Part shown: one piece after another, positions 58,401 through 64,000 of the stretch
How positions within the stretch are numbered: position 1 is the first letter of the stretch
Layout: each line of letters begins with the position of its first letter
DNA from: Balanoglossus misakiensis
Taxonomy: Eukaryota > Animalia > Hemichordata
Assembly (NCBI GenBank): GCA_040954595.2
Contig: CM082588.2
Coordinates: forward strand, 7,018,202 to 7,082,201
Reading direction: 5' to 3'
Length of the DNA stretch: 64,000 nt
The notes under the pieces: generated by a model
Database searches by the model: none
What the model was told of the DNA's origin: nothing
What the model saw: only the letters and a program-made list of their open reading frames with translations
Program-made: the position numbers and the translations under genes

Positions 58401-60649
58401 AAAATTTAGTTTGACACTTCCGACTATGACGACGACCTTAATTTGGTATTTTTCATAGAAGCCAATTTACTTTCCCTTGGTTCATATGATATACAGGATG
58501 TGTCAGAAGCAAGACTATATTTGAACTGTACATGTACTAGAATTGAGAGAGTCATTGAAGATTACATCAAATTTAAAGAAGTTGCCTTTGGGATAAAAAT
58601 CAATTACATGTACTGCTTGGAAAAAATGTTTGGCGCAAAACAATAGAATAAACGATACACAGACAGACAGACAGACAACCAAAAACAGACAGGAAAGAAG
58701 GCATTCAGACAGACAGACAGACAGACAGCCAATCTGATTAAAATCAGATGTAGACCAAACATAAAGACAGAGTCATAGATTGGCAGGCACTGAGGCAATC
58801 AGACAGACAAACGGACAGACATGCGGTCAGGCATGAAGGCACACAGGCAGACGGACGGACAGACAGACAATTGGCTCCATTGTATAACCATTCTCCACCA
58901 ATCGTCCTATGTGTGATGCGTGGATATTTGTCAAACAATTCAGGAGACGACGACGGTGGCGGTGGTGGTAGCTGTGGGTCCTCAGTTCAAAGCCTTGCAT
59001 GCGAAATCCTAAGCCACAAATCAATCACACTTCTGACCATCAACCCATCCGGAGTCAATGACGGTGCCGATGCTTATTCCAACGTCAAAGACACTTGCAA
59101 TGGAGGAACCGCCTTGAGATCATCGTAAGTAACTTAGTATTTCAGCGATTGGTAAAACTAGCTGTTATTTTAATTTGTGTATTTTTGAAAGATTGACACA
59201 TACATTGTGAATAAATTTAATTTGCAAACGAAATAAAAATTTATTGTATACCCATATGTTCAAAAGTTTGTATGAGTTGTTTTTCGTGTGGAAAGAACTT
59301 TTCTTGTATATTATACTTTAACCCTTTCACTCCCCATTTCCCTCTTGAGAAGATCCAGAAGATCGATATTAATGAGCCAAACCATGGTGGTGAAAAGGTT
59401 TTTAAAATGTACCGGCACTGACAGAATCTATAATTCATTCATCCATACAGACATTTGCATATAATTTCTAATGGCATTTGCATGTATGTTTTATCATTGG
59501 TCAGATACTGCTGTTCATCTGGCTGTTCCCCAGGTGGTTCAACCTGCCTGTCTTACAACGTCTTGAAGTACATCAAGGATGTGGCCGATGCTGCTGGTCC
59601 AGTCCAGGTATGGGATTTTGATTTTCTGTTCCGAACACAGTCTCTTGGGGATTGTTACACTGCGATAACACGCCTATGACTTACTTTGACGTGATATCGC
59701 AGTTCAACATTCCCCAAGCTACTGTGGTTCTGGACGTTTTTTCCCCCCAAGGGCTTGGGATGGTATTACATGTACATGAGTGGTTTTGCATTGATTCCCA
59801 CATCTATACTGTTCCCAGTATCATTCAACCTGCAAATCTTTTTCTGGTATTTTTTTAAAAAAAATCCATGTGTATAGACTTGTTTGGCCAAAGAGCATAT
59901 ATGTCACAACGAACATGCATCTGGGGCTCATTTCAGTAACTTTTTGCTAGAGTCACTCATTTCTGACTGAAGCCTACTCACTTCCAAAATAAATCTCGTC
60001 AGAGCTACATGTAAGATCCCTAGGGGTACATGCAACAGGTGGCAGAGCCTATTCTACATGAACAGGAGTACACGCCTACCACCACCACCACCGCCCCGCT
60101 ACTTTGAGGTTTCTTGTGTGGGTATACCTCACCCTGAACATTTTTAAAGTGAGTTCATAGCCTAGATTTGAACAGTCCTACCTCGTGTTGGGCAAGCTGA
60201 TGGCCCCGATTCCCTCACAGTTCATGCATGCTCCACCGCCTTCGCTGAACTCCGTTATTGGTTGTGCGCCCCCCAACGTTCAGTTGGTGGCGTGCAGCAC
60301 CTGTGATGTTCTGCTACATATCATGCAAAACATCGGTTTCATGTGCCTATCTTGCTTGGCCAAACTGTTTAGGGGCAAATCAATGTATCTACAACATAGT
60401 AAAATGTGGGCTTTCATTTATGCAAGCCACTGACTTCTTTTTTTCTTTTAACAGGTTAATTCCATATCAGGTGCCTGTCATTCCACAACGTCATATCACT
60501 ACAAAGGCACAGCCGTCGATTTCCAAGTCTCCACAGGGAGTAAATACACTACTTGGATGAGCCTGTGTGCAGCAGCAGGGGCCCGTGAAAACCTTGGACC
60601 GGGTGATGCCGGTCACAGTACTCACACCCACTGTGCATTTTACTCATAA
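55465..60649 (+). CDS. Secreted protein (268 aa): signal peptide + two Cys-rich modules + zinc D-Ala-D-Ala peptidase-like (M15/LAS) domain
   Basis: Exons 55465-55513 (MKVPVLLVALSVCTFA), 55689-55826, 58238-58378, 58944-59124, 59505-59607, 60455-60649 total 807 nt, GT-AG, in frame. The last exon reads VNSISGACHSTTSYHYKGTAVDF...LGPGDAGHSTHTHCAFYS*, giving SxHxxGxAxD and HxH zinc motifs. AATAAA at ~60679 and ~60763. Confidence 0.85.
56270..56810 (-). pseudogene. Two degraded tandem paralogs of the 57147-57617 ORF
   Basis: ~56810-56450 reads ...TIVLDLLVLGVPTNDDYYDWSDSQLSTS...GNGKSKKSPEV with frameshifts. ~56420-56270 reads CVFTIILGFVVPVISIGVDFYE*LDRQPSTSTGIYDFPN with an in-frame stop. Confidence 0.7.
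57147..57617 (-). CDS. Intronless 156-aa ORF nested antisense in an intron: signal-like N-terminus, acidic middle, basic Cys-containing C-terminus; unknown function
   Basis: MTMFCVCLTIVLALMVPG..., DSESESDEEPNNDD, DEEDEDEKKRRGKGKGKK, GCLSCCGRRLVRWLLKKFGRR. Adjacent paralogs support a real gene family. Confidence 0.55.
   Translation of the reverse strand: MTMFCVCLTIVLALMVPGVPMGDSDYYEWLDSQPSTSTGIYGFPNHLVLPPIRKFDSESESDEEPNNDDSGCFTESVEAPYLLFSDEEDEDEKKRRGKGKGKKSADVAQNKNNEESTNQVQDEDEKPTGCLSCCGRRLVRWLLKKFGRRSVRVDPH
58655..58870. repeat. Degenerate (GACA)n microsatellite in intron
   Basis: Interrupted agacagacag runs. Confidence 0.85.
59318..59405. mobile_element. Tiny TTAA-flanked MITE-like element (related copy at ~61615-61716)
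   Basis: ttaaccctttcac...aaaccatggtggtgaaaaggtttttaa versus ttaaccttttcacc...aaaccatgttggtgaaagggtctaa. Confidence 0.5.
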
Positions 60650-61384
60650 ACACCTGGTATTTCGATTATTGTCCAAGAAATAAAAATATAATTGAACTTT
60701 AATTATGATCAGAGTAGTAAAATATGTTTCATTTAAACGTCACTTATTGTCAAGGTTTGAAGAATAAAAGACAGATTATATTCATATCATGGTAAAGGTG
60801 GAATGGGTTTTATTGATGGGACAATACCAACCATGCAAAATGATGCAAATGACTAGTCTCTCTGATATCTTTCAATTTTGTTCACGCCAGCGTCAAATAT
60901 CGCTGACATGTGAAAAGTGTGCCTCCGAAATGAGAAGTTCACAGTTCATGACTTCAGTCAATGACAGAGAGACTTTTATTGAGTTATTCATACTCAGAAT
61001 TTATTGTTTAAAACAAAAGTTAATCAATTTTTCAATGGAAACTGGTCAAAATTTGCAAATATTTACAAATTCATTCAGACGGCATATTTTAAGGAAACGA
61101 TACGAAAGTACAAGTTATTTCTACAAGGTGAGAGAATAGTACAGGTATTTATATAATTGGTTGTATCAATTTGGTCCATAGTTCAGAAATAGTACGATAA
61201 GTTGAAATAAAACTGGTGACAGTCTTGAAACAAATGGTGTGGAATAAAATATTCAAAATTACAATTACATTGGTTTGTTGAATAGAAATGCAACAAATGA
61301 AGTTCTTTAAAAAAATAAAACGACTGTCCCAAAAAATGGTTAATGTACATCTCATCTAAAAGATCCACTTGCTTTTTTCTGATC

Positions 61385-63269
61385 CTAAGGATTGAAAATC
61401 CCACAATCCGTTACTTTGCAGTCTTGCTTTGGTCGTTCGTTGTACGTTATCTGTTCTTCAAGTTTCTTGAGTAAGTCTGTTCCTTCAATCACATGCCTGA
61501 TACATGAAAAATAAAAAAAACAATTAACACAGGAAGCTATTATACAATTGACGTAAGACCAATAATATATGCATATTCAGCATATGGCCAGTGATAAAAA
61601 TTACCATGGCCATTTTAACCTTTTCACCCCCCCCCCCCCATTTCCAAATGGAGGGGTCCAACATTACCATAGAAAACAATGAGTTTGGGCCAAACCATGT
61701 TGGTGAAAGGGTCTAAACACACTTACAAAGCAAGCAAAATCTTAATGCCTGTATTTGTATGGAAACTAAAAATGATATCAACACATGGGCTCACTGAGTA
61801 CATTTGCTAGAAGGGGAAAATGTCTTCTTACCCAAAGGCCACGTATTTTGTGTCCATCCACTTGGCTGGCTGGAATGTGATGTAGAACTGAGAACCATTG
61901 GTGTGTCTACCCTTGTTGGCCATTGCTAGCACACCGCGCTTGTCATGCGGGACGGCAAAGTTTTCATCTGTGGACAGACAGAAATAAATGTGAGTGGATA
62001 AGCATGTGTGTATTCAGTTTGGAGGACAGTCTCATGTGACGTCACACATAACACTTCAGATTAGAGAAATTACTGTAAAACACTTTATTTTCGCGACTTG
62101 AAATTTTCGCGATATTGAGAGAGGCCACTGTTTCGCGAGTATTAATTTTCGCATTCTCCTATTTCATTCACTGCATCGTTATCGTCAAAAACAATTTACG
62201 CGACTTTTCATTTTCACGCTATTTTGGCTCTCGCGTATTTGGCGAAAATTTATTGCTCGTGAAAATAAAGTGTTTTAGTAAATTACAGTATTACCACACT
62301 GTGATATCTGACAAACGACACATTGCCCATCATGTTGAACAGCAAAAAAGTTTTTGTTAAACTCTGCACCTATTTGAATTTCATAAAAATTGGCTTGCAT
62401 TACTTGGCAAGCAACCCATTGCTATGGTAATAACCCAACCAAACCCTAATCTTTACATTGAAGCATCAGTTGAATCAAGCCTGGCATTGAGGACACTAAA
62501 TGCAGATTGTAGAAATTATAACAAGACATGTAAAGCTACTGAATTATTTACCTTCAAAAACAGGACCGTATATTGATTCACCTCCAGTCCCCCTGCCTGC
62601 TTCAATGTCTACAAAAGAATAAAACCATACATGCAAGATTACCAGTATTTTCCAACACTGATCTCTAATGCAATAATTTATTTCGTGATAGCCTATGAAT
62701 CTAATGCTTGCTGCTGCTATCAATCAGATGGTTTCTGTCACTAGTACATGTACAATGTACTGTTCATATCTTTAAAAACTTCATTTATGATTTTCCATGC
62801 TTGAATTAGCTCATTCAACAGAAAAACTAACATAGTAAGGGAGAATTGAGGAATAACACACTCAAGCTATGACAGGAAAACCCTTGAAAAGTGCTCCTCA
62901 GTGATTTGAACCCTAAGTGTCTAAGTATTTCAAAAATCACTGATTTTCCATCCTGGAATTAGCTCATTCCATGAAAAAACTAACTTCAGTAAGGGAGAAT
63001 TGAGGAATGACTCATTCAAGCTATGACAGGAAAACCTTTGAAAAGTGCTCCTCAGTGATTTGAACCCCAAAGTGTCTAAGTATTTAGTTATCTGAGAGAA
63101 TATTGATGTTCTATATACCTCCTCCCTGGATCCAACCATTGGGCACAATTCGATGGAAGAGTGAATTTTTGTAATGGAGATCCACCAGAGTTTCCTTGGA
63201 CTGTCCTTTCTCGCCGGTGCACAATGAACGGAAATTCTCGCACGTCCTGGGGCATTTGTCGGTTAAAAG
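61385..63269 (-). CDS. PPIL6: Cyclophilin-type peptidyl-prolyl isomerase-like 6, last four exons (5' exons not seen in this window)
   Basis: Exons 63269-63119 ([17 protein letters not shown]...[20 protein letters not shown]), 62608-62552 ([19 protein letters not shown]), 61967-61832 ([31 protein letters not shown]...KYVAFG), 61496-61385 ([22 protein letters not shown]...*). NGWIQGGD, ANKGRH and NERP match PPIL6 as I recall it. Confidence 0.88.
62071..62290. mobile_element. TA-flanked MITE (tactgta...tacagta) in a PPIL6 intron
   Basis: tactgtaaaacactttattttcgcga ... tcgtgaaaataaagtgttttagtaaattacagta, with internal ttttcgc subrepeats. Confidence 0.65.
62789..63085. repeat. ~145-bp tandem duplication in a PPIL6 intron
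   Basis: tgattttccat...gtgtctaagtattt at 62789-62930 and 62941-63085. Confidence 0.85.
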
Positions 63270-63275
63270 CTGTCA

Positions 63276-63684
63276 TGGTGGAATTTTACAAAAATGTTGA
63301 GCTACAGAACACATTAACAGACTAAATGTACACAATGGTGGAATTTTACAAAAATGTTCACTTCTGTGAGCTACAGAACACATTAACAGACTAAATGTAC
63401 ACAAATGGTGGAATTTTACAAAAAAATGTTCATTTCTGTGAACTACAGAACACATAAACAGACTAAATGTACTGCACAAATGGTGGAATTTTTCAAAAAT
63501 GTTCACTTCTGTGAGATACAGAACACATTAACAGACTAAATGTACACAAATGGTGGAATTTTACAAAAATGTTCACTTCTGTGAGCTACAGAACACATTA
63601 ACAGACTAAATGTACACAAATTTGCACAGACTACAAATTTGCAGACTACAAATTTGCACAGACTACAAATTTGCACAGACTACA
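63276..63684. repeat. ~70-bp minisatellite (~5 units) followed by ~15-17-bp repeats
   Basis: atggtggaattttacaaaaatgttcacttctgtgagctacagaacacattaacagactaaatgtacacaa repeated, then tttgcacagactacaaa. Confidence 0.9.
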
Positions 63685-64000
63685 CTTTTTTGCAGCTAGT
63701 GTAGTTCCAATCTGATGAAAAATAGAGGGAGCAACATACCACTTGATTTCATAGAATAAAAAGCTCAAATACCTCAAAAAGAAATCTGCCTGCCGACTCT
63801 TCACCAATGGAGACATCCATAAATACAAATGTGTGCTAAATAAAAAAAAAAGACAGGATATAGATGCAAAGATAACTGAAATAAAGACTATACTACACAC
63901 TAGCTGTGTTACATCAATGCAAAAGCCAAGAAGCCCCAAAAATGGATGACTACCACAATTCATGAGCAATTATGATCACGGAACTGGTGTGAAATGTGCC

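Noticed and set aside
58604-59024. Minus-strand ORFs rich in CLSV repeats
   Set aside because: Translations of the (GACA)n microsatellite.
60455-60649. Hedgehog N-terminal domain
   Set aside because: Shares only the LAS zinc motif. There is no Hedgehog N-terminal CGPG or Hint domain, and the LGPG..GH..HTH ending is DD-peptidase-like.
63273-63969. ORFs 63273-63506 and 63646-63969
   Set aside because: The first is a minisatellite translation; the second is low-complexity intronic sequence with no recognisable domain.

Overview
Eukaryotic (animal) genomic DNA with spliceosomal introns. The gene and repeat content suggests a marine invertebrate, possibly a deuterostome; this is inference only. 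Bases 1-23,075 are a homogeneous 88-bp AT-rich satellite with local higher-order duplications, ending abruptly next to the 3' end of a secreted EPN-type C-type lectin gene (- strand, apparent frameshift). Two tandem paralogs follow (28,498-35,442 and 43,802-50,648, - strand). Manual splicing gives each an intact 8-exon, 1341-aa protein: GT4-like glycosyltransferase, linker, TRADD-N-like domain, unknown domain, coiled coil, and an IFIT-like TPR region with the CHFTW motif. Divergence between the copies is concentrated in the IFIT-like region. Between them lies an intact 4,811-bp PAT-like tyrosine-recombinase retrotransposon (gag, RT-RNaseH-MT, YR; identical split direct repeats). It is inserted without a target-site duplication into a ~256-bp palindrome, and gag and pol are separated by an in-frame UGA-CUA. 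Further on is a 6-exon secreted gene with two Cys-rich modules and a bacterial-type zinc DD-peptidase (M15-like) domain, with antisense ORF copies nested in an intron. The window ends with the last four exons of PPIL6. All family assignments are from motif recognition by eye; no database searches were run.
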